A stretch of DNA of 64,000 nucleotides from an uncultured archaeon (GCA_000965745.1 CP009479.1:380457-444456); one strand, 5' to 3'. Shown: positions 1 through 9,907, counted from the first letter of the stretch. Program-made: numbers and translations. Notes: a model not told the origin generated them from the letters alone.

Positions 1-1
1 G

Positions 2-703
2 AAGTACATGAAGGACTTCAACGTGGAGAAGGAAGCGCTTTCGATGATGTCCATCAATGACCATGAAAACGCATCAAAGAATCCAATGGCCCAGTACAAG
101 AACAAGCTCACCCTCAAACAGGCCATGGGCGCAACAAACGTGGCAGAGCCGCTTACACTGATGGACTGCAGCCCGATAACGGACGGGGCATCCGCCATTC
201 TGCTTGCCTCTGACAGATATATGAAAAAGAATAAGCTGGAAGGTGCAATGGTATTGGGGTCAGGCATCTCCCAGGATTACTTCGCCGTTCACAACCGGGA
301 GTCGATATACACTCTCAATTCCGCGAAAATCGCAGCCAGGGAAGCTCTCAAGAAGGCGGGAAAAAAGCTTGACGACATATCACTCGTTGAGCTCCACGAT
401 TCCTACAGCATTTATGGGCTACTAGAGCTGGAGGATCTGGGATTCGCGGAAAAAGGGAAGGCCAAGCACCTTGTATATGAGGATATCAAGGCCGGAGGAA
501 GAATCCCGGTAAACACTTCAGGGGGGCTTAAGGCCAAAGGATATCCGCTCGGGGCGGTCGGTATATCCCAGGCAGTTGAGGCCTATGAACAGGTAATGGG
601 AAAGGCTGGCCAGAGACAGTTGAAGAGTGTGGACTCCGTTCTTCTTCATAACATGGCAGGAACCGGCTCAACTTCCGTTGTCCATGTAATAGGAGGTGAA
701 TAA
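2..703 (+). CDS. Thiolase-family acetyl-CoA C-acetyltransferase, C-terminal ~230 aa (5' end outside window)
   Basis: ORF is open to the window edge. Thiolase C-terminal motifs DCSPITDGASAILL, VNTSGGLKAKGYPLGAVG, HNMAGTGS. Followed directly by its usual archaeal DUF35 partner. Confidence 0.85.
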   Translation, partial: KYMKDFNVEKEALSMMSINDHENASKNPMAQYKNKLTLKQAMGATNVAEPLTLMDCSPITDGASAILLASDRYMKKNKLEGAMVLGSGISQDYFAVHNRESIYTLNSAKIAAREALKKAGKKLDDISLVELHDSYSIYGLLELEDLGFAEKGKAKHLVYEDIKAGGRIPVNTSGGLKAKGYPLGAVGISQAVEAYEQVMGKAGQRQLKSVDSVLLHNMAGTGSTSVVHVIGGE

Positions 704-704
704 T

Positions 705-1106
705 ATGGGTGAGCTTTCAAGATTCTGGAGAGAGAGCGACCACCGGTACAGGCTGGTGGCCCACAAGTGCGGCAACTGCGACAGGGTTTACTTCCCGCCC
801 AGGGATGTCTGCCCGACATGCCACAGGGAGTCCGTAGGCAAGATGGAGCCCATAGACCTTTCAGGAAAAGGGGAAGTTGTCTCGTATACCGTTGTGCATG
901 AAGCTCCAACCCCATTCACGAGACAGAAACCATACATCCTCGCCATAATTAAACTGGATGAGGGCCCCTCTCTGACAGGACAGATAGTCGATTCCGATCC
1001 GGAGGAAGTGGATATGGGTAAGCGTGTCCACTCAGTTTTCAGGAAAGTCGCAGAAGACGGAAAGAGCGGAATAATACAGTATGGATACAAGTTTGTTCTT
1101 GACTGA
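705..1106 (+). CDS. DUF35-type zinc-ribbon/OB-fold protein (partner of archaeal thiolase/HMG-CoA synthase)
   Basis: CGNC-x10-CPTC zinc knuckle followed by an OB-like C-terminus. ATG 705 is preceded by aggagg (691-696) and abuts the thiolase stop (701-703). GTG 696 is an alternative start. Confidence 0.8.
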   Translation: MGELSRFWRESDHRYRLVAHKCGNCDRVYFPPRDVCPTCHRESVGKMEPIDLSGKGEVVSYTVVHEAPTPFTRQKPYILAIIKLDEGPSLTGQIVDSDPEEVDMGKRVHSVFRKVAEDGKSGIIQYGYKFVLD

Positions 1107-1160
1107 TTTTTCTCAGTTCTTGAACAAACAAATTATATCCATCAACCTTTTACTATATTT

Positions 1161-1643
1161 ATGACCAATAGGGCTTCAAAATACAGCAATGCCCTTGGCC
1201 TCTATGTCAATTGTGAGATCGACAACGGGTCAGTAAGCAGAGTGTTCGTCACCATGTCACCCCGGTTCGCGGAAGAAGGGAATGAAATTCTGGACAGGAT
1301 ATGCGAATACCTCTCTGGAGAAGCAGTTGACCTGTCTGATATCCCAATAGAGCCCCGGGGGACAGATTTCCAGAAGAAGGTGTGGTCAGCGCTCATGGAT
1401 ATCCCGAGAGGTGAGGTCCGGACATATTCTGAGATAGCAAGGGTTATTGGAAAACCAAAGGGTGCAAGGGCAGTTGGAAATGCCGTCGGATCAAACCACC
1501 TGTTGATTCTTGTCCCATGCCACAGGGTGGTCGCAAAACACGGGCTTGGGGGATTCTCTGCAGAAGGAGGCATTGAGACCAAGATGAAAATACTCGCCCT
1601 GGAAAAGGTACCTGCATCAGAAGTTGCAAAGATTGCCAGATAG
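1161..1643 (+). CDS. ogt: Methylated-DNA--protein-cysteine methyltransferase
   Basis: Active-site PCHRVV motif. Preceding HTH-like YSEIARVIGKPKGARAVGNAVGSN. Size typical of Ogt. Confidence 0.9.
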   Translation: MTNRASKYSNALGLYVNCEIDNGSVSRVFVTMSPRFAEEGNEILDRICEYLSGEAVDLSDIPIEPRGTDFQKKVWSALMDIPRGEVRTYSEIARVIGKPKGARAVGNAVGSNHLLILVPCHRVVAKHGLGGFSAEGGIETKMKILALEKVPASEVAKIAR

Positions 1644-1750
1644 GATACTTTGGCTTTTTTCCTTGCTGGGCGTAATTCTGAAACCATCCCGCCATCTTAT
1701 GATAGACTATCATTGGTAATGTTTTTGTACCGCTCGGTGATGTTTGGGCA

Positions 1751-2761
1751 ATGGATGATCAGGGCCGGGACGATGGTTTCATTTTCGATGCTTATCCTGA
1801 AATGGTGCCCTCAGGGCCATCGACATGGGAGAAGTTTTTCACTTTCCTTGTCTACATTACCTTTGCAACCGCCTTCATTTTCCTGGTAATGAGCATTTTC
1901 TTTACACTGGACCCTTCCTGGGGATCAAGCCTTACACAGCCAGTCAACCCGTTCATATTCATTCTCCTTATCGTTTTGTCGTTCCCTCAGGTTTCACTTT
2001 TATCAATTTTTGTGGTGATGTTCATACTCTACCTGATTTTCTTCTCATCGATGGTGTATGAGAACAGAAGAGAAAGAAAGAAGAAACTGCTTGACACGCC
2101 AATAGGATATTTCATCGCCGCAGCTACCGCGGTTGAAGTAGTAGTCGTGATTATCACCCTTCTTGAGCATTACTTCGGAACTCCAATCGGAGGAGGCGGG
2201 ATAGATACTGAACTGAAGAACAACCCTCTTCTTGGCTACATGAGCCTCATATATGCACCGTTTGTTGAAGAGCTTGGGTTCAGGATCCTTCCGCTTGGAA
2301 TATTTAGCGCCCTGCTCGTCTTATTTTCCATAAGGACCAGAGGGGAACATGCACCTGAAAGCATGAGAGACACCCTTCTGGCGATCATCCTGCCCGGGCA
2401 CATAAGGAGAAAGTATGATCTCCCGCTCAGAGGTGCGGACTGGGTCCTCATTATCATTACAAGCATAATCTTTGGATATGCGCACATATTCTTTGGCGGA
2501 TGGGATTGGGGCAAATTCATTCCGGTTTTCATAACGGGAATCGCACTCGCAATTGGTTTCCTGAAATTCGGTGCCTATGTGGATATACCTTTCCACTGGT
2601 TCTTCAACGGTTTCCTCACCCTTTATAATATTGAGCCTTCACTTTACGGGGCAACAAACCTGCTTGTCATCTGGCTCCTTTTTGTTGGTGTTGTCAGCAT
2701 CATTTCAATACTCATGTATGCGAGGGAAAGGCTCCGAAGGGGCGGGACCGCACCTGCTTAA
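1751..2761 (+). CDS. CPBP-family (CAAX-type) intramembrane metalloprotease
   Basis: Polytopic membrane protein with EELGFR (EExxxR), FGYAHIF (FxxxH) and HWFFN motifs. Confidence 0.75.
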   Translation: MDDQGRDDGFIFDAYPEMVPSGPSTWEKFFTFLVYITFATAFIFLVMSIFFTLDPSWGSSLTQPVNPFIFILLIVLSFPQVSLLSIFVVMFILYLIFFSSMVYENRRERKKKLLDTPIGYFIAAATAVEVVVVIITLLEHYFGTPIGGGGIDTELKNNPLLGYMSLIYAPFVEELGFRILPLGIFSALLVLFSIRTRGEHAPESMRDTLLAIILPGHIRRKYDLPLRGADWVLIIITSIIFGYAHIFFGGWDWGKFIPVFITGIALAIGFLKFGAYVDIPFHWFFNGFLTLYNIEPSLYGATNLLVIWLLFVGVVSIISILMYARERLRRGGTAPA

Positions 2762-3375
2762 CTCTTTCTGATTACCCTTTTTCCCTTTATTTCATAATTT
2801 CCATCCAGCACGAGTCCTACAGAATATACAAGGGCTTCATGCTCAACTGGATGTATCCGGTCTGCAAGTGATTCGGGCGTGTCATCATCCGCTACCTGAA
2901 CAGTTCTCTGTTCGAGTATAGGGCCCCCGTCGACTTCTGCCGAGGTAAAATGAACTGTGCATCCTGAGATCCGTGCACCACTTTCCAGCACCGCTTCGTG
3001 CACCTTTGACCCGTAGAAGCCTTTCCCGCCAAAGCATGGGAGCAGGGATGGGTGGATATTGATTATCATGTTCTCGAACTTCCTGATGAATTCATCCGGA
3101 AGAATTTTCATGAATCCGCCTAGAACTATGAGGTCAGCGGACGAGTCTTCAATGAGCTTAGCTATAGTGTCGAAGTAAGTACCCCTGTTTTTGGCTGTTC
3201 TCGGGAACTCGACCGCGTTGATCCCATGATTTCTTGCCCTCGTAAGTGCGTATGCGTTTACGCGATCTGAAATTACAATGCTGATTTCAGCTTGCAGAAT
3301 ACCGGACTCGACAGCATCAATGACCGCCTGGAGATTTGTTCCGTTTCCCGAAGCCAGGAAAGCCAGTTTTTTCAT
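2758..3375 (-). CDS. purN: Phosphoribosylglycinamide formyltransferase
   Basis: MKKLAFLASGNGTNLQAVIDA N-terminus, NIHPSLLP, SGCTVHF..VDGGPI motifs. Start moved to ATG 3375, because the 35 upstream codons of the ORF look non-homologous. Confidence 0.85.
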   Translation of the reverse strand: MKKLAFLASGNGTNLQAVIDAVESGILQAEISIVISDRVNAYALTRARNHGINAVEFPRTAKNRGTYFDTIAKLIEDSSADLIVLGGFMKILPDEFIRKFENMIINIHPSLLPCFGGKGFYGSKVHEAVLESGARISGCTVHFTSAEVDGGPILEQRTVQVADDDTPESLADRIHPVEHEALVYSVGLVLDGNYEIKGKRVIRKS

Positions 3376-3480
3376 TACAGTTAGCTTATATGCGGATAAA
3401 GATAATAGTTTGTAATTCCAAGGAATGGTTAATATAAAAGAAGCAATGCTCATATTGACTTTCAAACAGAGTGTCTTCAA

Positions 3481-4437
3481 ATGCTAGATATATGGATTGA
3501 AAAATACAGGCCAAAGAATCTCTCTGAAATCCATGGCCAGAAAGAAAACATACAGAAACTGAAATCATTCGTCAATGCTAAGGAGCTGCCGCACCTCATA
3601 TTTGCAGGGCCGGCAGGTACCGGAAAGACATCAGCGGCGCTTGCACTTTCAATCGAGCTGTTCGGAGAAAACTACAAGGAGAACCTTCTTGAACTCAACG
3701 CATCAAACGAGCGCGGAATAGACGTAATCAGGGAAAATGTGAAGGATTTTGCAAGGATAAAGCCTTCCAACGAGCTTGGCTTCAAGATCATATTCCTTGA
3801 TGAAGCTGACCAGCTTACCTCAGAAGCGCAGGCTGCCCTAAGGAGGACCATGGAGCTCTACTCCTCAACCACACGTTTCATATTTTCGTGCAACTACTCC
3901 TCGCAGATCATCCCGCCGATCCAGTCGAGGACTGTAGTTATGAGGTTCAGGCCGCTAATCCCGGACCAGATGAAAAGCAGGCTAAATGATATTGCCAGGA
4001 AGGAGGACTTCACAATTGACGAGGATTCGCTAACGGCGATTACAGAGATCTCTGAAGGTGATATGAGGAAGGCCCTGAACATACTTCAGGCAATATACTC
4101 GTCCGGCGAAGTTTCCGCGAGAAGGATCTATGAGATTGCAGGATATGCACAGCCCTCCGACTTCAAGAAACTTCTTTCAACTTCGATTTCAGGCCTGTTT
4201 GATGAAGCACGTGCAGTACTTGACAGGATGCTCATTGAAGACGGCCTCTCAGGCATGGATATCGTAAAGGGCCTCCACTCCTATGTAAGGAAAGAGCCGA
4301 TAGCCCCGAGGCAGAAGATAGAGATCATAATGGCTCTAGCAGAAGCTGAATTCAGGATTGTAGAGGGTTCCAGCGACAACATACAGCTTGATGCTCTTCT
4401 CGCCAAGATTGCATACATAGGCAACGAATACAGCTAA
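3481..4437 (+). CDS. rfcS: Replication factor C small subunit
   Basis: EKYRPKNL N-terminus, Walker A GPAGTGKTS, FLDEADQLT, sensor SRTVVMRF. About 318 aa. Confidence 0.9.
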   Translation: MLDIWIEKYRPKNLSEIHGQKENIQKLKSFVNAKELPHLIFAGPAGTGKTSAALALSIELFGENYKENLLELNASNERGIDVIRENVKDFARIKPSNELGFKIIFLDEADQLTSEAQAALRRTMELYSSTTRFIFSCNYSSQIIPPIQSRTVVMRFRPLIPDQMKSRLNDIARKEDFTIDEDSLTAITEISEGDMRKALNILQAIYSSGEVSARRIYEIAGYAQPSDFKKLLSTSISGLFDEARAVLDRMLIEDGLSGMDIVKGLHSYVRKEPIAPRQKIEIIMALAEAEFRIVEGSSDNIQLDALLAKIAYIGNEYS

Positions 4438-4446
4438 CCGGAACAT

Positions 4447-6042
4447 CTATTCAAAATCGAAGAGGTCCATTTTTTCCTTCTTCTTTGGTTCGGCTCTTTT
4501 CTTTGGCTTTTCGGGTTCGTATGTGGTTTCATACCTCTTTATGTTGGATTTCATGCTGGTCTCCTTCCTGAGGCTTGAATAATAATAGCCTGTGTCCCTT
4601 GAACCTTCGTACAGGAGGATGAAGACGTCACCGGCATGTTTTCTTCCCGTCCTTCCACGGCGCTGTATTGACCTTATCTCAGAAGGAACGGGCTCATAGA
4701 AAATCACACGGTCTGTGCTTGGGATGTCAAGCCCCTCTTCAGCGACGCTTGTGGCAACCAGAACGTTGTATTTTCCCTGCCTGAAGTCATTGAGTATCTC
4801 TTCCTGCATCTTCTGGTTCATACCTTCGTCATCCTCCTTGCTTGCCTGCCCCACGAACCTCACAGGACGGATGTGGCTGGAATTTTCCTTGAAGTATGAC
4901 GTAAGGATGTCAGATGTTTTCCTGAAGTGGGTAAATACTATTATCCTTGATTCGGGGTTCTGTGACAGAACCTCCTCGCTGAGGTCCATTGCCGCCTTCA
5001 TCTTGGGGCTCGATTTCTCTGTCTCCACACAACTCCTCAGTTTCGTCATGAGTATCTCAAAGTCATCGCTGTTCCTAAGAAGGGTGGCAGTCCGCTTCAG
5101 GGTCTTTTCCTCACTGTTCAGTATGCTCATGATGTAGTCATAGGCGATCTGGACTCCCTGGCTTTCGAGGTATTCTATGGCATAATCTATCCGAATGGCT
5201 GCAGATAGGTATGGTATGAAGGAGAACAGGGCTTTCTCTCCCGCCTTGGCCCTTTCTATGAGATCGGGAATTTTTGACGCCAGAACCTTTCTGGACATGT
5301 TTGTCGACCTCAGTATCTGATGGGACTTCAGTTTGTTTACAAGCTGGTTGAAGAGAGCCTTCAGGTATGGCGAGGTATCTGTGACGCTTTTGGGCAGCCT
5401 GATCTTGACAACGTTTAGTTTGATCTCATTTACGTATTTCTTGACATCAGGTGAATTCTCATCCTTGATCAGGACTTTCTCTATACCCAGCGCCTTGGTC
5501 ACCTCATCGAATTTCTTCCTGTCACCTCCCGGGCTTGCAGTGATGGCAAGTATGAGCCTCTTCCTGGCTTCCAGGTAACTCGAGGCTACGTGGACATAGG
5601 CATAATTTCCTGTTGCCCTGTGTGCCTCGTCAAAAACAATTATCCCGAACTTGGAAATATCAACTGTGCCGTTCCTGAGGTCATTGCTCACAACCTGTGG
5701 TGTTGAGACGACCACCTTCGAGGAGACCCATTTTATGAGCCTGTCCTCGTTGTCGACTTCCCCTGTGAACTTGGTTATCTCGTTTTCATTGAGAGAGAGC
5801 AGCTTCTTCATGGTTTCATAGTGCTGCCCAACCAGTGGCTTGGTTGGAGCCATGAAAAGTGCCTTTCCTGAACCTTCCTCAAGAATTTTCGCTATGACCA
5901 TTGCTGCAATTATGGTCTTTCCCAGTCCTGTTGGAAGCACAATAAGCGTATTCTGGTTCACCGCTTCATCATAAAGATTGGTCTGGTATTCCCTTGGCTC
6001 TATGACTTTTTTAGACAGAAGCGGGTTGTCCACACCCTTCAA
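4447..6042 (-). CDS. hef: Hef/FANCM-like SF2 helicase (helicase-only, no ERCC4 nuclease domain)
   Basis: SF2 motifs LPTGLGKT, VFDEAH, ITASPG, VATSVAEEGLDIP, QRRGRTGR. Lys-rich C-terminal tail ending KMDLFDFE. Confidence 0.8.
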   Translation of the reverse strand: MKGVDNPLLSKKVIEPREYQTNLYDEAVNQNTLIVLPTGLGKTIIAAMVIAKILEEGSGKALFMAPTKPLVGQHYETMKKLLSLNENEITKFTGEVDNEDRLIKWVSSKVVVSTPQVVSNDLRNGTVDISKFGIIVFDEAHRATGNYAYVHVASSYLEARKRLILAITASPGGDRKKFDEVTKALGIEKVLIKDENSPDVKKYVNEIKLNVVKIRLPKSVTDTSPYLKALFNQLVNKLKSHQILRSTNMSRKVLASKIPDLIERAKAGEKALFSFIPYLSAAIRIDYAIEYLESQGVQIAYDYIMSILNSEEKTLKRTATLLRNSDDFEILMTKLRSCVETEKSSPKMKAAMDLSEEVLSQNPESRIIVFTHFRKTSDILTSYFKENSSHIRPVRFVGQASKEDDEGMNQKMQEEILNDFRQGKYNVLVATSVAEEGLDIPSTDRVIFYEPVPSEIRSIQRRGRTGRKHAGDVFILLYEGSRDTGYYYSSLRKETSMKSNIKRYETTYEPEKPKKRAEPKKKEKMDLFDFE

Positions 6043-6128
6043 TGTTCACTAAATATAAAAATTAGTCAGATAGGTTCTGACTAATGAAGGGAACCTTATA
6101 ATACCCTCATTTGTATTAATTACTGATT

Positions 6129-7373
6129 TTGATGTCCGATACCCCTCCTATTACGGTAATCGATTCCCAGGAAAAGCTGAAGAAGCATTTTGTTTCAATT
6201 CCCAAGTCTGGCTCGTGGCTCAAGGGCATCAATTCATCCCAGATTGAGGAAACTGCATCCCGAATAGTCAAATGGTCGCCTGGATCAAGAAACAATATTT
6301 TTCTGGTAAAGAGCCATGAAAGCAGGTACAGGGAAGCTACTGCCTTTCTCATCCTGAGCAAGTTGATTTCTGGTGGCAAGAGGGTCCTTATTCCAACCGC
6401 CAAAGCTGAAAATTTAGACGAGAAAGGGCTGTTCGGGAATGGTGATGTGCTGTTTCTTAATGCTGCGGAAAGCAATACCGGCAATGGCTTGAGGTGGGAA
6501 GATCAAAGCAGGCTTTTAGGGGATATCTGGACCGGAAGAGCGAGTGACAAATTATTGAATATTCCCATAGTTGCACTAAGCGATCTCGATGGTGAAGAAA
6601 AGCAAGAGACAAAGATTCCACCGTACGTTGAGGGCCATATGGCACCTTCGAGGAGTGACTGGAGAATCACACTATCTGTTGGGTTCATCCTGTTTGCAGC
6701 AGAATTCCTCCTAATGGCCATAGCCAACGGCATAAAGGGAGGGCTTGGAATTGCGGGGATCGGCTATCGCCAGTACTACAGCAACCAGTTTATGAATTTC
6801 CTTGTTTATGGCCAAGTGGAGACTTCCCCTTACAACTTCTTACTCATATATCCATGGTTTACGATTATAGGTTTGGCCTTGATCCTGATCTCGAGAAAAT
6901 TCGTTGACAGGAGAACCTACAGGCTTTTCATCTACGCAACAGTACTGTGGGTCGTTGGAACCATTGGCGTGACTCTTGCCTTCAATTTCACATTCTTCGG
7001 CCCTTTTAGCGGCAATGTATTTTCCAGGACCGTGCCAGCGTTGATCTACGAAATCGGAATAAATTCCAGCCAGAGCGTCTTCGTTTCCCTGACCTACGCC
7101 CTCTTAATAGTCAGGTTTGCAAAATATCGTCAAAAGATCATCCTCATGATAGTGTCTGCAGGTTATGTTGCGGTAACTGCATTACAGTCCAGTGTGGTTG
7201 CCTTCAATGGGCCGGGCGCTGTGATTAGACCGGGATATGCAACGATGCCTAGTGTATATCAGATAATAAGCTACGTGCTGTTTACGTTTTTATTCACAGC
7301 CTACTTCGTTCTGTTTTTGAAGTTAGATCTTTATTCTTCAAAGAATCAGGGAAACCTGGTAATCAGAGATTGA
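6129..7373 (+). CDS. Membrane protein: soluble N-domain (~150 aa) + polytopic C-domain; paralog A
   Basis: Long ORF with hydrophobic segments from about residue 180 onward. The N-domain aligns by eye with that of the next gene (NIFLVKS.. / NIFLIQS.., VLFLNAAES / VVMLIDAST, IPIVALSDLDGEE / VPVLALYEGADRLEE). Confidence 0.6.
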   Translation: MMSDTPPITVIDSQEKLKKHFVSIPKSGSWLKGINSSQIEETASRIVKWSPGSRNNIFLVKSHESRYREATAFLILSKLISGGKRVLIPTAKAENLDEKGLFGNGDVLFLNAAESNTGNGLRWEDQSRLLGDIWTGRASDKLLNIPIVALSDLDGEEKQETKIPPYVEGHMAPSRSDWRITLSVGFILFAAEFLLMAIANGIKGGLGIAGIGYRQYYSNQFMNFLVYGQVETSPYNFLLIYPWFTIIGLALILISRKFVDRRTYRLFIYATVLWVVGTIGVTLAFNFTFFGPFSGNVFSRTVPALIYEIGINSSQSVFVSLTYALLIVRFAKYRQKIILMIVSAGYVAVTALQSSVVAFNGPGAVIRPGYATMPSVYQIISYVLFTFLFTAYFVLFLKLDLYSSKNQGNLVIRD

Positions 7374-7406
7374 CCCAGTTTATGCTTACTGGATCGAGGA
7401 GCTTGA

Positions 7407-8687
7407 ATGCGGAAACGAGATGTTATTATATTAATGAGCATTAATCACATAACGGGCAGGACTGTGGAAGGCAGAAAAAATGCATATTGTACCGTAACGG
7501 ATGAAGAGGCACTTTTGAGAAACATCCCTTCCGTAAGTAAAAATAACAGTGGTTTTGCAAGGAAGAATTCAGAGCTTCTCGAAGAGGTGATATCCAAGAT
7601 AGCAAACTGGAAACCGGATTCCGGGGATAACATCTTTCTTATTCAGAGTAAATTTCGGGAGGACCGCAATACACTGGCTTTTCTTGTGCTAAAGACGTTC
7701 ATTGGAAAAGGTTTCAAAATACTTCTGATCAGCAATGGCGAGAACTTAGAGGAGCCTTCGAATGAGCTTCTTTCAGGCAACGGCAAGGTTGTCATGCTGA
7801 TAGATGCTTCAACCGGTTCTGATGAAAATGGTGAGAATTCCCCGCAGAAGCTCCTAAATCGAATAAGAATGGGTGCTGTGTCCAGTGAGATGAAAAGAGT
7901 GCCTGTTCTGGCCCTTTATGAAGGGGCAGATAGATTGGAAGAGGGCAGCGGGAGTAGGCCAGATGATGTGACAGTTGAAGGCTCCTCGAATCCCGGCACG
8001 AGGTCTGCGGCCTTTCTTCTTGGATATATCCTCATCTCTGTTCCCATATTTCTGGGGTTCATTTCACAGGCATACCCCACAATAGTTGAGTTCCTTGTGG
8101 ACCCCTCCTCCCACTTCACTGTACATGGGACCGTCAACGTTGGATTTGTCCTCACCTATTCCCTCTTCTATGTTATTACAATAATCTCTTTGCTCGGAGT
8201 TGCAGGCGCTATTATCACGTTCTTTTCCCGCAGGCATCTTTCAAGGAGAAAATACAGAATAATGTCTGCAGGACTTGTCCTACTCATCATCGGAATGTCA
8301 ATCACCCCCTTCATAAACGTGTTTTTCTTCCAGAATCTTGTCAACCACGGGTTGTTTGAAATCGAGACACTCCTCACACTTTCTCTTAGTTCTGTGGCAT
8401 ATTTGCTCCTAACTCTATGGTTTGTTGGAAAGAAACTGGGAGTTGCACTTGTGATCCTCATTGTCGCCAGATTTGCAGTTACCTCCATAATGAACTTGCT
8501 CCTGCAGGTTCCTGGCAGAGCCATTATGCCTTTGAATCTCCGGATTTTAACACTTTTCCGAGTATCCGGTATGGTTCCGAGGATCATATTGCCAATTGCA
8601 TCCGGAATGATGTTTGCAACGATGGTTTATATTGGGGTTAAATCCCACATAAAACCGGAGATTCTTGGATCTACGCAGGCTATGTAA
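7407..8687 (+). CDS. Membrane protein, tandem paralog B of 6129..7373
   Basis: Same architecture and collinear N-domain similarity to the upstream gene. Multiple TM segments. Confidence 0.6.
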   Translation: MRKRDVIILMSINHITGRTVEGRKNAYCTVTDEEALLRNIPSVSKNNSGFARKNSELLEEVISKIANWKPDSGDNIFLIQSKFREDRNTLAFLVLKTFIGKGFKILLISNGENLEEPSNELLSGNGKVVMLIDASTGSDENGENSPQKLLNRIRMGAVSSEMKRVPVLALYEGADRLEEGSGSRPDDVTVEGSSNPGTRSAAFLLGYILISVPIFLGFISQAYPTIVEFLVDPSSHFTVHGTVNVGFVLTYSLFYVITIISLLGVAGAIITFFSRRHLSRRKYRIMSAGLVLLIIGMSITPFINVFFFQNLVNHGLFEIETLLTLSLSSVAYLLLTLWFVGKKLGVALVILIVARFAVTSIMNLLLQVPGRAIMPLNLRILTLFRVSGMVPRIILPIASGMMFATMVYIGVKSHIKPEILGSTQAM

Positions 8688-8743
8688 CGGCGGATGCGCT
8701 TCTTTTCTGCAGTCGGCAATAAGTAGCGACATATTGCCAAGCG

Positions 8744-8750
8744 TTTTATA
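8744..8750 (+). promoter_or_regulatory. Candidate archaeal TATA box for the esterase gene
   Basis: ttttata lies ~25 nt upstream of ATG 8773, consistent with a leaderless transcript. Confidence 0.3.
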
Positions 8751-8772
8751 TTGAGTGCGAGATTTGCAACTC

Positions 8773-9750
8773 ATGCCTAATATAGAGCTGCTTAGAATAA
8801 CGAGCAGAACGCTTGCGAAGAATCCTTTGAATGATCCTGCAGAAAGGGACCTTGTTTTATTCAAGCCCGAAGAGGTAAAGGAAGGTGCGCCTCTGCTCAT
8901 TGGCCTTGCCGGTTTTGGAGGAGGCGCCAGGAGTTTCCTTAACTTTTCACCTCTATCAACGAATTTCACTGAGGTAGTTTCCAAACTTAGAAAATCCGGG
9001 GAGCTTAAGGATGCTATAATAGCGATTCCTGACTGCTTCACCTCCTACGGAGGCAATCAGTATGTCAATTCCAGCGCGATGGGAAATTATGAGGAGTTTA
9101 TAACCAAGGAGCTTATTCCCGAAATGAAGGACAGGTTCAAAACCGGAAAGACGGGGGTTTTTGGAAAATCATCCGGTGGATTCGGGTCATACACCCTGGC
9201 GGTTCACAACCCCGAAATAATCAGCGGATTTGCGGACCATTCTGGAGATGCAGGTTTTGAATACTGCTACCTCCCTGACTTCCCAAACACCATAAAGGAG
9301 TTTAGAAAAGCGGGTGGGCCGAAAGAGTGGTTTGAGACGTTCCAGAAGAGCGTGAACAAGTCTGCCAAGAAGTTCATGGAGCCATTGAACATCCTGGCAA
9401 TGTCCGCTTCCTACACTCCGAATCCTGATTCTGATACCATGATGATCGATTTTCCCTTTGACCTCAAGACTGGCGAACTTCTGGACGACGTCTGGGAAAA
9501 ATGGAAGAAATTCGATCCAGCTAGAACTATTTCCTGGAACTTGCAGAAAATCCGGGAAATGGATGCAGTATACCTTGATGTGGGATCAGAGGATGAGTTC
9601 AACATAAATATAGGCATGAGGAAGATGCACAGAGTGCTAGAAGAGAGCAAAGTTGAGCATTTCTTCGAAGAGTTTGAGGACGGTCATTTCAGCATTTCCT
9701 ACAGGTATGAGAAGTCGCTGGCTTACCTTGCCGAGCACCTCTCACAATGA
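8773..9750 (+). CDS. Alpha/beta-hydrolase, putative esterase family
   Basis: Nucleophile elbow GKSSGGFGS (GxSxG). The overall pattern resembles esterase/enterochelin-esterase-like proteins. The ORF track starts at GTG 8755, but ATG 8773 fits the TATA spacing better. Confidence 0.65.
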   Translation: MPNIELLRITSRTLAKNPLNDPAERDLVLFKPEEVKEGAPLLIGLAGFGGGARSFLNFSPLSTNFTEVVSKLRKSGELKDAIIAIPDCFTSYGGNQYVNSSAMGNYEEFITKELIPEMKDRFKTGKTGVFGKSSGGFGSYTLAVHNPEIISGFADHSGDAGFEYCYLPDFPNTIKEFRKAGGPKEWFETFQKSVNKSAKKFMEPLNILAMSASYTPNPDSDTMMIDFPFDLKTGELLDDVWEKWKKFDPARTISWNLQKIREMDAVYLDVGSEDEFNINIGMRKMHRVLEESKVEHFFEEFEDGHFSISYRYEKSLAYLAEHLSQ

Positions 9751-9835
9751 CATTTTTTATCTTTAGGTAAGCAGGTGCCCTTAAGTAGTGCAAATATTAA
9801 CTACAACTTCAGGGATACAGAGCATAGTGCGACAA

Positions 9836-9907
9836 GGGCCGGTAGATCAGCGGTAGATCGCTTGCTTCGCAAGCAAGAGGTCTCGGGTTCAAATCCCGAC
9901 CGGTCCA
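9836..9907 (+). tRNA. tRNA-Ala (anticodon CGC), no encoded CCA
   Basis: Hand-folded cloverleaf: acceptor GGGCCGG/CCGGTCC with the G3:U70 alanine identity pair, D arm gatc-agcggta-gatc, anticodon stem cttgc/gcaag with loop ttCGCaa, T arm tcggg-ttcaaat-cccga, discriminator A. Confidence 0.9.

Noticed and set aside
1202-1687. 161-aa ORF antisense to ogt
   Set aside because: It fully overlaps a gene with a clear active-site motif and has no motif of its own.
4447-6042. Hef gene as a truncated pseudogene because the nuclease domain is missing
   Set aside because: The ORF is uninterrupted, has all helicase motifs and ends in a structured-looking basic tail. Helicase-only Hef/COG1111 proteins are known in some archaea.
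8547-9041. 164-aa minus-strand ORF spanning the paralog B 3' end, the intergenic region and the esterase 5' end
   Set aside because: It overlaps two well-supported plus-strand genes and the TATA-containing intergenic region. Its composition is not protein-like.
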